Shown: one piece after another, positions 37,936 to 47,172 of the stretch | Layout: every line of letters starts with the position of its first letter | How positions within the stretch are numbered: position 1 is the stretch's first letter | DNA from: an uncultured bacterium | Lineage (GTDB): Bacteria > UBP14 > UBA6098 > B30-G16 | Reading direction: 5' to 3' | Assembly (NCBI GenBank): GCA_965552135.1 | Contig: CBEVQY010000003.1 | Span: 24,632 to 88,631, forward strand | Length of the DNA stretch: 64,000 nt | Notes under the pieces: model-generated | What the model was told of the DNA's origin: nothing | Seen by the model: the letters and a program-made list of their open reading frames with translations, nothing else | The model's database searches: none | Position numbers and translations under genes: made by a program

Positions 37936-38391
37936 TCACTCAAGCATCTGAAGCTTCTTTTCGAAGTCCTTGACCTTGGGCGGCTTTTTGCCCTTGCCGG
38001 GGATTATCTCGTGCCCCTCTGCCGAAAGCCTTTGGGCTTGGGCTTCGACGCCTCCGGGGTATTTGGGGTTGAGGCTCCCGTCGCTTTTGAGCGTGCGCCA
38101 ATAGGGCGTGATGTCCTCCCTCCCCTCGGCGAAGTCCTCTTCGGCGGCATAGGCGGCGATTTTGATGAATATTCCGAGCGTCATGGGGCAGGTGTAGTCG
38201 GCGCCGAAGCGGCGGGCAAGGTAGGCGCCTATGTGCTTGACCGTCGTGACCTTGCCCCACTCGACCCTACGCATGACCTCGTCGACGTCTGTGGGCTTTG
38301 GCACAAGCATAACGCCCTTCTCGGTTCGCTTGACGACGCGCTCACGAGGTGTGCCCAGCTTCTCGCGAAAGCTTTTGCGACGACTACCCAT
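37936..38391 (-). CDS. Hypothetical protein, possibly MGMT/Atl-like DNA-binding fold lacking the catalytic cysteine
   Basis: WGKVTTVKHIGAYLARRFGA...ITPYWRTL loosely resembles the G-V-TYG-IA...PCHRV alkyltransferase DNA-binding domain, with Cys replaced. This is a weak call. Confidence 0.3.
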   Translation of the reverse strand: MGSRRKSFREKLGTPRERVVKRTEKGVMLVPKPTDVDEVMRRVEWGKVTTVKHIGAYLARRFGADYTCPMTLGIFIKIAAYAAEEDFAEGREDITPYWRTLKSDGSLNPKYPGGVEAQAQRLSAEGHEIIPGKGKKPPKVKDFEKKLQMLE

Positions 38392-40132
38392 AAAACCCGC
38401 CTTTCTTTGTTATCGGCATCCTGCGTTCTCTGTCGAAGGCTCTTGCGGTTATCTTTATGCCCGGGGGCGCCTGGCGCCTCTTGTACTCAGCTTTATCGAC
38501 CATCGCCGCCACGCGCTTTACCACAGCCTCGTCGAAGCCGGTGCGATCGATGATCTCCGAAACCGGCATCTCCTGCTCGATGTAGAGCTCGAGGATCTGG
38601 TCGAGGACGTCGTAAGGCGGCAGGGTATCGGTATCGAGCTGGTCTTTGCGGAGCTCGGCTGTGGGCGGACGATCGATTATGCTCTGCGGGATAAGGTCCC
38701 TTCCTGCTTTCCTGTTGCGCCACCTCGCCAGCTGCCAAACAAGCGTTTTGGGGACGTCCTTTATGACCGCAAAGCCGCCGACCATATCGCCGTAGAGCGT
38801 TGCGTAGCCAACGCTTGTCTCGCTTTTGTTCCCAGTGGCGAGCACAAGATGACCGAACTTGTTCGAAAAAGCCATGAGGATGTTGCCCCTGATCCGCGAC
38901 TGGATGTTCTCTTCGGTTATGTCGAACTGCGTGCCCCTGAAGTGTGGCTCGAGGTGCGAGAGGTAGGCTTTAAAAAGAGGCTCGATTTCGACGACGGAGA
39001 GGTTTATCCCGAGGTTTTTTGCAAGCTTTTGCGCATCGACGAAGCTTTGCTGCGCCGTAAACCTCGTCGGCATAAAGAGCGCGTAGACGTTTTCTGGACC
39101 CACGGCGTCCGATGCGATCGCTGCAACAAGCGCAGAGTCTATCCCGCCGGAGAGCCCGAGGATCACGCTTTTAAACCCGTTTTTGCAAACGTAGTCCCTG
39201 AGTCCGCACACGAGCGCAAGCCATATCTCCTCGAGGGGCTCTGGGGGTTCGTGCAGCACAGGTTCGATTGGGGGCTTTTCGAGCGTCGGTATGAACGGTA
39301 TTTCGACCACGTCGACGTGCTGACCGATTCGGAGCTGGGCGAATCTTCTGTCGCGGGTGCGTGGGTCGCGCAGTCTGCGGCGGAAGACGTCCTCGAGGTT
39401 TACGTCGACTATGAGGAGCTCCTCGGAAAACGCGCCCGCTCTGGCGATTATTTCGCCCTCGGCATCGACGACGAAGGACTGACCGTCGAAAACGAGCTCG
39501 TCCTGTCCGCCAACGCAGTTCAGGTACGCCACGGCGACGGCGTTGTCCGATGCCCTCGTCCCAACCATCCGCTCCCGAAGCTCCCTCTTGCCGTGGTGGT
39601 ACGGGGAGGCATTGATGCTCAGGGCGAACTCGCAGTTGCCAAGATAGGTTTGTGCGACAAGCGGTCCCTCGGGGTGCCAGATGTCCTCGCAGATCCCCAC
39701 GGCAAACCGGAAGCCCTGCGTCTCGTAGACCGTTATCCTCTCGCCCGGAGCAAAGTAGCGCTTCTCGTCGAAGACGCCGTAGTTGGGCAGGAAGATCTTT
39801 CGGTACGTGTCCCATACCCTGCCTCGGTAGATCAGCGCTGCGGCGTTGTATGTGTCGTCGTCGCGTTCGGGGAACCCGAGGACGATTATGGAGTTAAGCT
39901 TTGCCGTTTTGCGCGCAACCTCGTCCACAACGCGACCCGCCTCGTCGAGGAAACCCGTGTGAAAGAGGAGGTCTTCGGGGGGATATCCGCACACAACAAG
40001 CTCGGGGAAGGCTATGACATCGGCGCCAAGCTCCGCCGCCCGGTGCGCGTAGTCGATTATCTTATCCTTGTTGCCGTCGAAATCCCCAACGGTGGGATTG
40101 ATCTGTGCCAAAGCAAGCCGCACGATGCGCAT
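38384..40132 (-). CDS. nadE: Glutamine-dependent NAD+ synthetase
   Basis: An N-terminal CN-hydrolase domain (VRLALAQINP...FPELVVCGY...GICEDIWHP) and a C-terminal NAD-synthase PP-loop (VILGLSGGIDSALVAAIA). RBS AGGGGG precedes ATG 40132. The track ORF extends to 40219. Confidence 0.85.
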   Translation of the reverse strand: MRIVRLALAQINPTVGDFDGNKDKIIDYAHRAAELGADVIAFPELVVCGYPPEDLLFHTGFLDEAGRVVDEVARKTAKLNSIIVLGFPERDDDTYNAAALIYRGRVWDTYRKIFLPNYGVFDEKRYFAPGERITVYETQGFRFAVGICEDIWHPEGPLVAQTYLGNCEFALSINASPYHHGKRELRERMVGTRASDNAVAVAYLNCVGGQDELVFDGQSFVVDAEGEIIARAGAFSEELLIVDVNLEDVFRRRLRDPRTRDRRFAQLRIGQHVDVVEIPFIPTLEKPPIEPVLHEPPEPLEEIWLALVCGLRDYVCKNGFKSVILGLSGGIDSALVAAIASDAVGPENVYALFMPTRFTAQQSFVDAQKLAKNLGINLSVVEIEPLFKAYLSHLEPHFRGTQFDITEENIQSRIRGNILMAFSNKFGHLVLATGNKSETSVGYATLYGDMVGGFAVIKDVPKTLVWQLARWRNRKAGRDLIPQSIIDRPPTAELRKDQLDTDTLPPYDVLDQILELYIEQEMPVSEIIDRTGFDEAVVKRVAAMVDKAEYKRRQAPPGIKITARAFDRERRMPITKKGGFYG

Positions 40133-40284
40133 AAAAACCCCCTTGTCGTCGCCTAACCTAAATTTAGCCAACAAAGCCTGCGAAGCAAAAGTTTTAGCTT
40201 GCAAAGACCGCGTTTTCATTTTCCTTGCAAGTCTTCGGGATTGCTTTTATTTTGCCAAAACTTCGTCAAGGGGGAGGACCGTTT

Positions 40285-42156
40285 ATGGCTGAATCGGTCT
40301 TTATGAAGAAGCTTCGGGAGAGGATGGGGGCGATATTTTTCGTCGTCGCCCTGCTTTTTGTTGGCATGATGGTGTTTCAGTGGGGCATGAACATCACAGC
40401 ACGCCGCAGACATCGACCGGAAAACACCATCGCTGTTGTTGGGGAGGACGAAAAGATCGATTACGCCGAGTATGCCCGCACCTACGAGGATCAGATCCAG
40501 GATGCGTACAACCGCGGGCAAAGCGTCGACGATTTCGTGGCTGAGGACATAAGGGAGCAGGCCTGGCAGACGGTGGTAAACAGGCACATCCTCAGCCATC
40601 AGTTCGACGAGAAGCTCACCTCGGGTTTCGACGGCGTTGAGCTTTACGAGAAGCTCAGGCGTCAGCCGCCGGATTGGCTCAAGCAGCACCCACAGTTCCA
40701 GACCGACGGCAGGTTCGACTACCAAAAGTACCTCGATGCCCTAAACGACCAGAACGTCGACTGGACGCCCGTTGAGCGCGCCGTCGCATCGAACCTGCCC
40801 TACGATAAGCTCAGAACGCTTGTGTCTACGATAAGCTTCGTCACAATGCCCGAGGCAATGGACGAATACGTCTTTATGAACACAAAGGTCAGGGGTGAGT
40901 ATATAGTCTTTGGTCCTGACTGCGGCGAAGTCGACGTCGACACATCGGAGGAGGCTTTACGCAAGTACTACGAAGCGCACGCAGACTCGCTCGTTAAGCG
41001 TCCCTATGTGGTCTTCAGGTACATTGCGATTCCCTACGTTCCCTCGCGGTTCGACTCGCTGGAGGTGCGCGCCGACCTCGACACGCTTATGAAGAGAATA
41101 CGCTCGGGCGAGGATTTTGGAGAGCTTGCCGAGGCGTATTCGCAGGACCAGCAGAGCGCCGTAAATGGAGGAGATATAGGCTGGTTTTCGCGTGGGCAGC
41201 TTATTCCCGAGTTCGAGGCGGTTGCGTTTGGGCTCGACAGCGGAGAGGTCTCCGAGCCCGTGCTGACGAGGTACGGATGGCACATAATTCGCTGCCTCGG
41301 CAGGAAGGTCGTGACCGACACCCTGACGGGCGCTGTCGACACGCTCGTCCATCTGCAGCACATTCTGCTTCGGATCGACGTTGGTTACGAGACCGCCGAA
41401 AGTCTCGACGCCTTAGCGGACGACGTTTTGCGCTACGCCTCCGAGCACGGGATCGACTCCGCCGCTGCCGCCTTCGGTCTGGACGTTGCGAAAACTCCGC
41501 CCGTCGGACCGGACGAGGCTATACCTGGCATAGGCATGCGGACGCTGCTTACAACCTACGCCTTCGAGCACGGACCCGGTCTTTTCCCCGAGGTGGTAAA
41601 GAGTCAGGGCATGCTTTTCGTCGTCTGGGTCGACGAGGTCGTTCCGCCGAAGTTTGAGAACTTTGCCGAAGCTCGGTGGTACGTCAAGAAGCGGGTTGTC
41701 TCCGAGGCTTGGCGCCGCAGGTGCCGCGAGCTTGCGCGCGAGGCGCTGCGGAGGATAAAGGCGGGCGAGCCCATGCGCAAGGTCGCAGATGAGCTCGGGG
41801 CGGCATACGATACCACGGGGCTTGTCGGCATCTTCGAGCGGACCGAAGCCCACAGCTTCGACCCCTGGGTCTCGGGCGCACTTTTGGGAATCCAAAGCCC
41901 CGACTCGCTTTCGGGCGTCATCTACGACGGCGAAGGACGGTTCTACATCGTCCACCTCCTCGAGAGGCACGACGTCGATATGTCGAACTTCCGCGAAAGC
42001 GCCGACCAGGTCAGGCAGGCGATATTCCAGGACAAGAGGAACGCGGCGTACTCCCAGTGGTTTGCGAACCTGCGCAGACACGTGAGGGTCAAGGACCTGA
42101 GGACGCGGTATTTCGTTGAAGAGACAGCCTCTTCCGAAACGAGCGCCCAAAAGTAA
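40285..42156 (+). CDS. Periplasmic chaperone / peptidyl-prolyl cis-trans isomerase, PpiD/SurA-like with parvulin (PpiC) domain
   Basis: N-terminal TM anchor (IFFVVALLFVGMMVF) and a parvulin segment (HILLRI...GGDIGWFSRGQLIPEFEAVAFGL..GEVSEPVLTRYGWHII). RBS GGGGGAGG precedes ATG 40285. Confidence 0.75.
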   Translation: MAESVFMKKLRERMGAIFFVVALLFVGMMVFQWGMNITARRRHRPENTIAVVGEDEKIDYAEYARTYEDQIQDAYNRGQSVDDFVAEDIREQAWQTVVNRHILSHQFDEKLTSGFDGVELYEKLRRQPPDWLKQHPQFQTDGRFDYQKYLDALNDQNVDWTPVERAVASNLPYDKLRTLVSTISFVTMPEAMDEYVFMNTKVRGEYIVFGPDCGEVDVDTSEEALRKYYEAHADSLVKRPYVVFRYIAIPYVPSRFDSLEVRADLDTLMKRIRSGEDFGELAEAYSQDQQSAVNGGDIGWFSRGQLIPEFEAVAFGLDSGEVSEPVLTRYGWHIIRCLGRKVVTDTLTGAVDTLVHLQHILLRIDVGYETAESLDALADDVLRYASEHGIDSAAAAFGLDVAKTPPVGPDEAIPGIGMRTLLTTYAFEHGPGLFPEVVKSQGMLFVVWVDEVVPPKFENFAEARWYVKKRVVSEAWRRRCRELAREALRRIKAGEPMRKVADELGAAYDTTGLVGIFERTEAHSFDPWVSGALLGIQSPDSLSGVIYDGEGRFYIVHLLERHDVDMSNFRESADQVRQAIFQDKRNAAYSQWFANLRRHVRVKDLRTRYFVEETASSETSAQK

Positions 42157-42166
42157 CTTTGTCGCT

Positions 42167-43162
42167 ATGGGCAAGTGCGTTCTCGTGACAGGTGGAGCTG
42201 GCTTTATTGGCTCGAACTTCGTTCGGCGCCTTCTCCGCGAGGACGACGTCTCGCGCGTCGTCGTCCTGGATAAGCTGACCTACGCCGGAAGCCTCGATAA
42301 CCTCGAGGGCGTTTTGGACGATGATCGCGTTGAGTTCATCCGCGGCGACATCGCCGACGCGGAGGTCTCGCGCGAGGCGATGCGTGGTGCGGACTGGGTC
42401 GTCAACTTCGCCGCCGAGTCGCACGTGGACAGGTCCCTTGCCGACGCCGCGCCGTTTATGAGGACGAACGTGGAGGGTGTGCGCGTTCTCCTGGAGCTTG
42501 CGCGCCAGCTTTCACCCGAAAAGTTCCTCCACATCTCCACCGATGAGGTCTACGGTCCCGTTCTCGAGGGCGCGGTGGACGAGAGCGCGCCGCTGCGACC
42601 GTCAAGCCCTTACTCCGCGTCCAAAGCCGCCGCCGATATGCTGTGCAACGCCTACTTCGTGTCATTCGGGGTACCCGTCCTCGTGGCGCGAAGCTCAAAC
42701 AACTACGGACCCTATCAGTATCCCGAAAAGCTCATCCCGCGCTTCGTATCCCTCGCGCTTCAGGACAAGCCGCTGCCCATCTACGGCGACGGGCTTTACG
42801 TCCGCGATTGGCTCTTTGTGGAGGACAACTGCGATGCGCTCCTTCTGCTTTTGCGGGAGGGTGAGCCCGGGCAGATCTACAACATCGGCGCGGGCGAGCT
42901 GCACAAAAACATCGACGTCGCCCGAAGGCTTTTGGACATACTCGGCAAGCCGCACTCGCTCATCACACACACAACCGACCGCCCGGGTCACGACAGACGC
43001 TACTGCGTCGACTGGAGCAAAATAGAATCCCTTGGCTGGCGCCCCAAGGCGAGCTTCGAGGAAAAGTTCAAGGAAACGGTCCTCTGGTACAGCCGACGCG
43101 TCGAGTGGTGGTCGAAGAGAACCGAGGAAGCCGAAAGGTTCTACAGCACAAAGGGGTTTTGA
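42167..43162 (+). CDS. rfbB: dTDP-glucose 4,6-dehydratase
   Basis: VLVTGGAGFIGSNFV Rossmann motif, catalytic YSASKAA (YxxxK) and HISTDEVYG. About 330 aa. Confidence 0.85.
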   Translation: MGKCVLVTGGAGFIGSNFVRRLLREDDVSRVVVLDKLTYAGSLDNLEGVLDDDRVEFIRGDIADAEVSREAMRGADWVVNFAAESHVDRSLADAAPFMRTNVEGVRVLLELARQLSPEKFLHISTDEVYGPVLEGAVDESAPLRPSSPYSASKAAADMLCNAYFVSFGVPVLVARSSNNYGPYQYPEKLIPRFVSLALQDKPLPIYGDGLYVRDWLFVEDNCDALLLLLREGEPGQIYNIGAGELHKNIDVARRLLDILGKPHSLITHTTDRPGHDRRYCVDWSKIESLGWRPKASFEEKFKETVLWYSRRVEWWSKRTEEAERFYSTKGF

Positions 43163-43217
43163 CCTTGTGGCTTCCCCTTCTTTCCAATTGACACATCGTT
43201 GCGCCCAATTTTTTGCC

Positions 43218-43245
43218 TTGACAATTTATAGCTTGTTCGTAATTT
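43218..43245 (+). promoter_or_regulatory. Putative sigma70-type promoter for the HU gene (TTGACA-16-TAATTT)
   Basis: TTGACA at 43218-43223 and TAATTT at 43240-43245. RBS AAAGGAGAGG lies at 43270-43279, before ATG 43285. Confidence 0.4.
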
Positions 43246-43284
43246 AAGTAATGGTAAAGGGATAGGAAGAGAAAGGAGAGGGTT

Positions 43285-43602
43285 ATGACGAAAGCTGATC
43301 TTGTGGAGATGGTTGCCGAGCGCACGGGCTTCACCAAAACCGACGTCCACGTTATCTTCGACACCCTCCTTGAGGTTATCAAGGACGTTCTCGCCTCCGG
43401 TCACAACATCGAGATAAGGCGTTTTGGCACGTTCAAGCTGAAGATCCGCAAGCCGCGTATGGCGCGTAATCCTCGCACGGGCGAGCCTGTGCCCGTTGGC
43501 GAGCGAGTTGTGCCCGTCTTTAAGCCCTCCAATGAGTTCAAGGGGCAGATAAAGATCACCCCCGACGAGCTGCGCGCCAAGGAGAAGGCTTTGAGGGGGT
43601 AA
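43285..43602 (+). CDS. HU/IHF-family DNA-binding protein
   Basis: MTKADLVEMVAERTGFTKTDV...IEIRRFGTFKLKIRKPRMARNPRTGEPV matches the HU beta-arm signature. Confidence 0.85.
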   Translation: MTKADLVEMVAERTGFTKTDVHVIFDTLLEVIKDVLASGHNIEIRRFGTFKLKIRKPRMARNPRTGEPVPVGERVVPVFKPSNEFKGQIKITPDELRAKEKALRG

Positions 43603-43619
43603 AAACCGGGGCTCGTAAG

Positions 43620-43766
43620 GTGGGAAGGACGGCAAGGACGGTCCTTTTTGTTGTGTCGGTTGTCGTCGGCGCCCTGCTTGTCTTTGTGGGCGTTAGGCTT
43701 CTTGATCTTGCCGAGGTTGTGGCGAACGGCACGGTGCTTTGTCTTTCGTGCGTCGGCATAGGCTGA
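43620..43766 (+). CDS. Possible small membrane peptide (about 48 aa) with C-terminal CxxC
   Basis: GTG-initiated ORF VGRTARTVLFVVSVVVGALLVFVGVRLLDLAEVVANGTVLCLSCVGIG. It lies 22 nt upstream of the NapH-like polyferredoxin gene and is not in the ORF track because it is under 60 aa. Speculative. Confidence 0.25.
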   Translation: MGRTARTVLFVVSVVVGALLVFVGVRLLDLAEVVANGTVLCLSCVGIG

Positions 43767-43788
43767 CGCAGCTTCCGGCAATGCTCAG

Positions 43789-44640
43789 ATGAAGAAGGGA
43801 CTCAAACGCTTCAGGCTTGCCTCGCAGCTTCTGGCGCTTGTCCTGCTCAACGGCTACGTCAAGGGCTGGATCAGGCGCCCACATCTCTACAGCGGGAACG
43901 CAAAGGGAATTGTCCTGCCCGTCCTGAACTGCTACGCCTGCCCCGGGGCGTACACAAGCTGCCCCGCAGGTTCCCTCCAGCACTTTATGGTCGTAAAGGC
44001 TTTTCCCTGTTACGTCCTCGGCGTGTTTTTCGTCTTCGGGGCGTTTTTGGGAAGGCTTTTGTGCGGCTGGGCCTGCCCGTTTGGGCTGCTGCAGGACATA
44101 CTTTTTAAAATAAAGACCAAAAAGCTTGCGCTGCCACGGTGGATGCGCTACGGGAAATACGCCTTCCTCGTGCTTGCCGTCTTTGTGCTTCCCTACCTTT
44201 TGGCCGATACCGTCTTCTGCAAGATATGTCCGCAGGGGGCGCTTGAGGGCGGCATACCGCAGGTGTTGCTTAAGCCCGAGCTCCGTCGCCTCGTGGGAAC
44301 GCTTTACTTGAGCAAGATAGCCGTTTTGGTCGTTTTCGTCGTGGCGATGGTTTTCGTGAAGCGCCCGTTCTGTCGGGTTGTTTGTCCGGTTGGCGCCGCG
44401 TTGGCGGTGTTCAACAAGGTAAGCTTACTAAGGCTTAGGGTCGACGAAACGAGGTGCGACAGGTGCGGCTTCTGCCGCGTCGTCTGTCCGGTCGATATAG
44501 CGGTTTACGAGGATCCCAACTCCCTCGAGTGTGTTCGCTGCGGTGAGTGCACCGCCTGCCCGAGGGGGGCGGTTGCGTTCACCACGCTGTTTGCCGCCGA
44601 CGAGACTTCCCACACAAAGGCGGACGAAGCCGGCGGGTAA
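43789..44640 (+). CDS. NapH/MauN-like membrane-bound 4Fe-4S polyferredoxin
   Basis: TM helices carrying a CxxC (LNCYACPG...SCP) motif, plus CGWACPFG, CKICPQ and two ferredoxin-type clusters (CDRCGFCRVVCP, CVRCGECTACP). Confidence 0.7.
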   Translation: MKKGLKRFRLASQLLALVLLNGYVKGWIRRPHLYSGNAKGIVLPVLNCYACPGAYTSCPAGSLQHFMVVKAFPCYVLGVFFVFGAFLGRLLCGWACPFGLLQDILFKIKTKKLALPRWMRYGKYAFLVLAVFVLPYLLADTVFCKICPQGALEGGIPQVLLKPELRRLVGTLYLSKIAVLVVFVVAMVFVKRPFCRVVCPVGAALAVFNKVSLLRLRVDETRCDRCGFCRVVCPVDIAVYEDPNSLECVRCGECTACPRGAVAFTTLFAADETSHTKADEAGG

Positions 44641-44709
44641 AACCCGCGCTTTATCCCCTTGCCTCGAAGGAGCGCTTTAGTAGATTGTGGAGATGCAGGA
44701 GAGGGTGTG

Positions 44710-46047
44710 ATGGCTCGGCTTTTTGTCTTTTTGCTTTTCGCATCGGTGCTTTGGGCTTTTTCGCTTGGTGGGCGCAACTGGCTCGACTACCGCGGCGCCT
44801 GGAAGGGACATTCCCACTTCGAGGACAGGGTTTGGGCGAGCCTCTCCTCGGGCGATTTTTCGGCGGGTGTGCTTTTCTGGGCAAAGGAGCCATCAAGGCT
44901 CGACCAAAGCGGAGAGGACACTATCTCCGCCGCGATCGCGCAGTATTGGTTCAGCTTCTACTCGCCGCGCATCGAGCTTACGGCGGGAAGCTTCACCTAC
45001 ACGCTGGGTCAGGGCATCCTCATCGACCTCTACGACCGCGCCGACATCCAGATCGACCACCACTGCGACGGAGCTTCGTTTAAGCTTCGCCTGCCCCATC
45101 TGGAGCTCTCGGGATTCTCCGGCATAGCCCGCTGGGACGACGATGCCCTCGTTCGCGGCGCGGAGGGCGTTTTGTCTCTCTTGGGCTTGCGCGGAGGCGT
45201 CGAGTACGGGAAGATCATACCCAAGCTTTCGGCAGCGCAGGAGCTTTTTGGTGCGTTTCTGGCGGCCGAGTCGGATTTTCTCTCGCTTTGGGTCGAGGCG
45301 GGCAGAAAGAACGCGCTGGGGGGTCTTGTGGAGGATGGAACCGCCGTCTACGCGTCGGCAACGGCGATCCTCGGAACTTTTTCGTTTACCGCAGAGTACA
45401 AGGACTATCGGCACTTCGCCGTCCGAACGCCCGCAATACAGTACAACAACCCGCCCACGCTGATAAGGGAGCCGTCGTACACCCTTCCGAGCCGGCACCT
45501 AAGGCAGCTTGACGCCAACGACGAGCTTGGCTTTGCCGCAAGGGCTGAGGGCGCAGTTGGGTCGCTTGGCGGAGAGGCGTTTTTCGGATATGCGCAAAGA
45601 CACGACGGCGGTCGACCGTTTACGCAGCTTTGGCTCGAAGCCGAGCTCACAAGCTCGGACGAGACCGCATACTACAAGCTTGCCCTCGACTACAGCGACG
45701 ATGCGGGCGAGAGGCGCGTAACGCCCATTGTCGATATCACCGCCGAGCCCGGCTGGACCCGGTTGGGGTTCAACCTCGTCGGAGAGTACCAGAGGAGCGG
45801 CGAGAGGAACAACGTCTTTGCGTCCTTTGCGGTGTCATTCGCCCCTTATGCCACCGTTGGCGTCGACGGCGGATACGTCGACGACGAGGCGTTCGTCCGC
45901 CTCTTCTCCGACATCGATGCGATAGAGCGGGCGAAGGTAAGGTTGGGCCTTGGGAAAAGACCCGGGGGATTTACCTGCTCCGGAGGTGTGTGCAGGTACG
46001 AGCCCCCATTTGAGGGAGTTGAACTGCAGATCGTTCTGACATACTGA
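44710..46047 (+). CDS. Hypothetical secreted beta-barrel-like (outer-membrane?) protein with C-terminal CSGGVC motif
   Basis: Signal peptide MARLFVFLLFASVLWAFSLGG (RBS AGGAGAGG). Alternating-hydrophobic strands throughout, ending ...GGFTCSGGVCRYEPPFEGVELQIVLTY. No recognisable catalytic motifs. Confidence 0.5.
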   Translation: MARLFVFLLFASVLWAFSLGGRNWLDYRGAWKGHSHFEDRVWASLSSGDFSAGVLFWAKEPSRLDQSGEDTISAAIAQYWFSFYSPRIELTAGSFTYTLGQGILIDLYDRADIQIDHHCDGASFKLRLPHLELSGFSGIARWDDDALVRGAEGVLSLLGLRGGVEYGKIIPKLSAAQELFGAFLAAESDFLSLWVEAGRKNALGGLVEDGTAVYASATAILGTFSFTAEYKDYRHFAVRTPAIQYNNPPTLIREPSYTLPSRHLRQLDANDELGFAARAEGAVGSLGGEAFFGYAQRHDGGRPFTQLWLEAELTSSDETAYYKLALDYSDDAGERRVTPIVDITAEPGWTRLGFNLVGEYQRSGERNNVFASFAVSFAPYATVGVDGGYVDDEAFVRLFSDIDAIERAKVRLGLGKRPGGFTCSGGVCRYEPPFEGVELQIVLTY

Positions 46048-46049
46048 CG

Positions 46050-46874
46050 ATGGATTTTTCGCGGCGTCTTGATGCATCGGCGGATTTTCTTCGCGAGCGC
46101 GGCGTTTTGCCCGAGGTGTTCTTCGTGCTCGGCTCGGGGCTTGATCTCTCGCCCTTGGCGGATGCGCTTGGTGCGGTTCGATCGTACTCGTACGGCGAGA
46201 TCCCAGGCTTCCCCGCGCCGACGGTGCCGGGTCATTCGGGCAGGATGGTCTATGGAGTCTTTAGTGGTTTCGGCGTTGCGCTTTTCCTCGGGAGAAAACA
46301 TATCTACGAGGGCAGCGTTGATGATGCCGTTTTCGTTCCCGCGCTTATGGGCAGGCTTTGTGCGAAGGTCGGTTTTTTCACAAGCTCCGTGGGCGCGGTC
46401 TGTGAGGAGCTTTCGCCGGGCGAGCTTGTTGCCATAACGGATATCGTCAACCTCCAGGGGCGTTATGCCGCGCGCTACGCCTTTCCGCCGCGGGGGAGGG
46501 TCTACAGGGCGTTCGACGGTGAGCTTACGAGGCTTTTGCTCGAGAGCGGGGCGGAGATTGGCGTTTGCCTGAGGCGTGGCGTGCTTGCGGCCGTCACCGG
46601 ACCGTCGTACGAAACGCCCGCCGAGGTGAGGATGCTGCGGACGATCGGCGCGTCTGTGGTTTCGATGTCTATGGCGCCGGAGCTTTCGGCAGCCTACGGC
46701 GCGGGCATACGCTGCGTGGGGGTGTCGGTCGTCACCAACCGCGCCGGAGCGCGCTCCGAGCACGCCGAGGTCCTCGCGGCGGCAAAAGAGGCGTCGCAGA
46801 GGCTCTTGCGCGTTGCTCGACGCTTCCTGGAAAAATACTCCGCGCTTCGAAGAGATGAGACGTTTTCTCCTTAG
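46050..46874 (+). CDS. Purine nucleoside phosphorylase (PNP/MTAP family)
   Basis: VFFVLGSGL...HSGRMVYG...GASVVSMSMAPE...VSVVTN are PNP-family I/II motifs. Confidence 0.85.
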   Translation: MDFSRRLDASADFLRERGVLPEVFFVLGSGLDLSPLADALGAVRSYSYGEIPGFPAPTVPGHSGRMVYGVFSGFGVALFLGRKHIYEGSVDDAVFVPALMGRLCAKVGFFTSSVGAVCEELSPGELVAITDIVNLQGRYAARYAFPPRGRVYRAFDGELTRLLLESGAEIGVCLRRGVLAAVTGPSYETPAEVRMLRTIGASVVSMSMAPELSAAYGAGIRCVGVSVVTNRAGARSEHAEVLAAAKEASQRLLRVARRFLEKYSALRRDETFSP

Positions 46875-47172
46875 GCTTCGCGAAAGCCGCACCGCGTTCT
46901 GGACGGGTGTCGCGCTGCTTGTGGTAAACCCGCCCCTGGGGTGGGCTGGATTCGCCGTGGGAGGTTATTTCACGGCGAGGTACGGTTCGCCCAAGTATAT
47001 TTTTTGGGCGACGGTGCTCTACGGGATAACCTGGGGCATGACCGGCGCGGGCGTTTTGCTCGCAGGTCCGAGGGGTGTGACCTTAGCCAGGAGAATCCTT
47101 TCGCGCCTGTGGAGGGGGATCTCCGGCGGCGATGGAGAAGACGTCGGTACAACACATAGCCGGCGAGGCTGA
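46855..47172 (+). CDS. Small hypothetical membrane protein (2 TM)
   Basis: MRRFLLRLRESRTAFWTGVALLVVNPPLGWAGFAVGGYF...TVLYGITWGMTGAGVLLAG. Overlaps the PNP 3' end in another frame. Weak call. Confidence 0.3.
   Translation: MRRFLLRLRESRTAFWTGVALLVVNPPLGWAGFAVGGYFTARYGSPKYIFWATVLYGITWGMTGAGVLLAGPRGVTLARRILSRLWRGISGGDGEDVGTTHSRRG

Noticed and set aside
38231-40156. A 641-aa + ORF antisense to nadE, and the similar 17219..18016 minus ORF antisense to waaA.
   Set aside because: There are no domain signatures. The sense genes are unambiguous.
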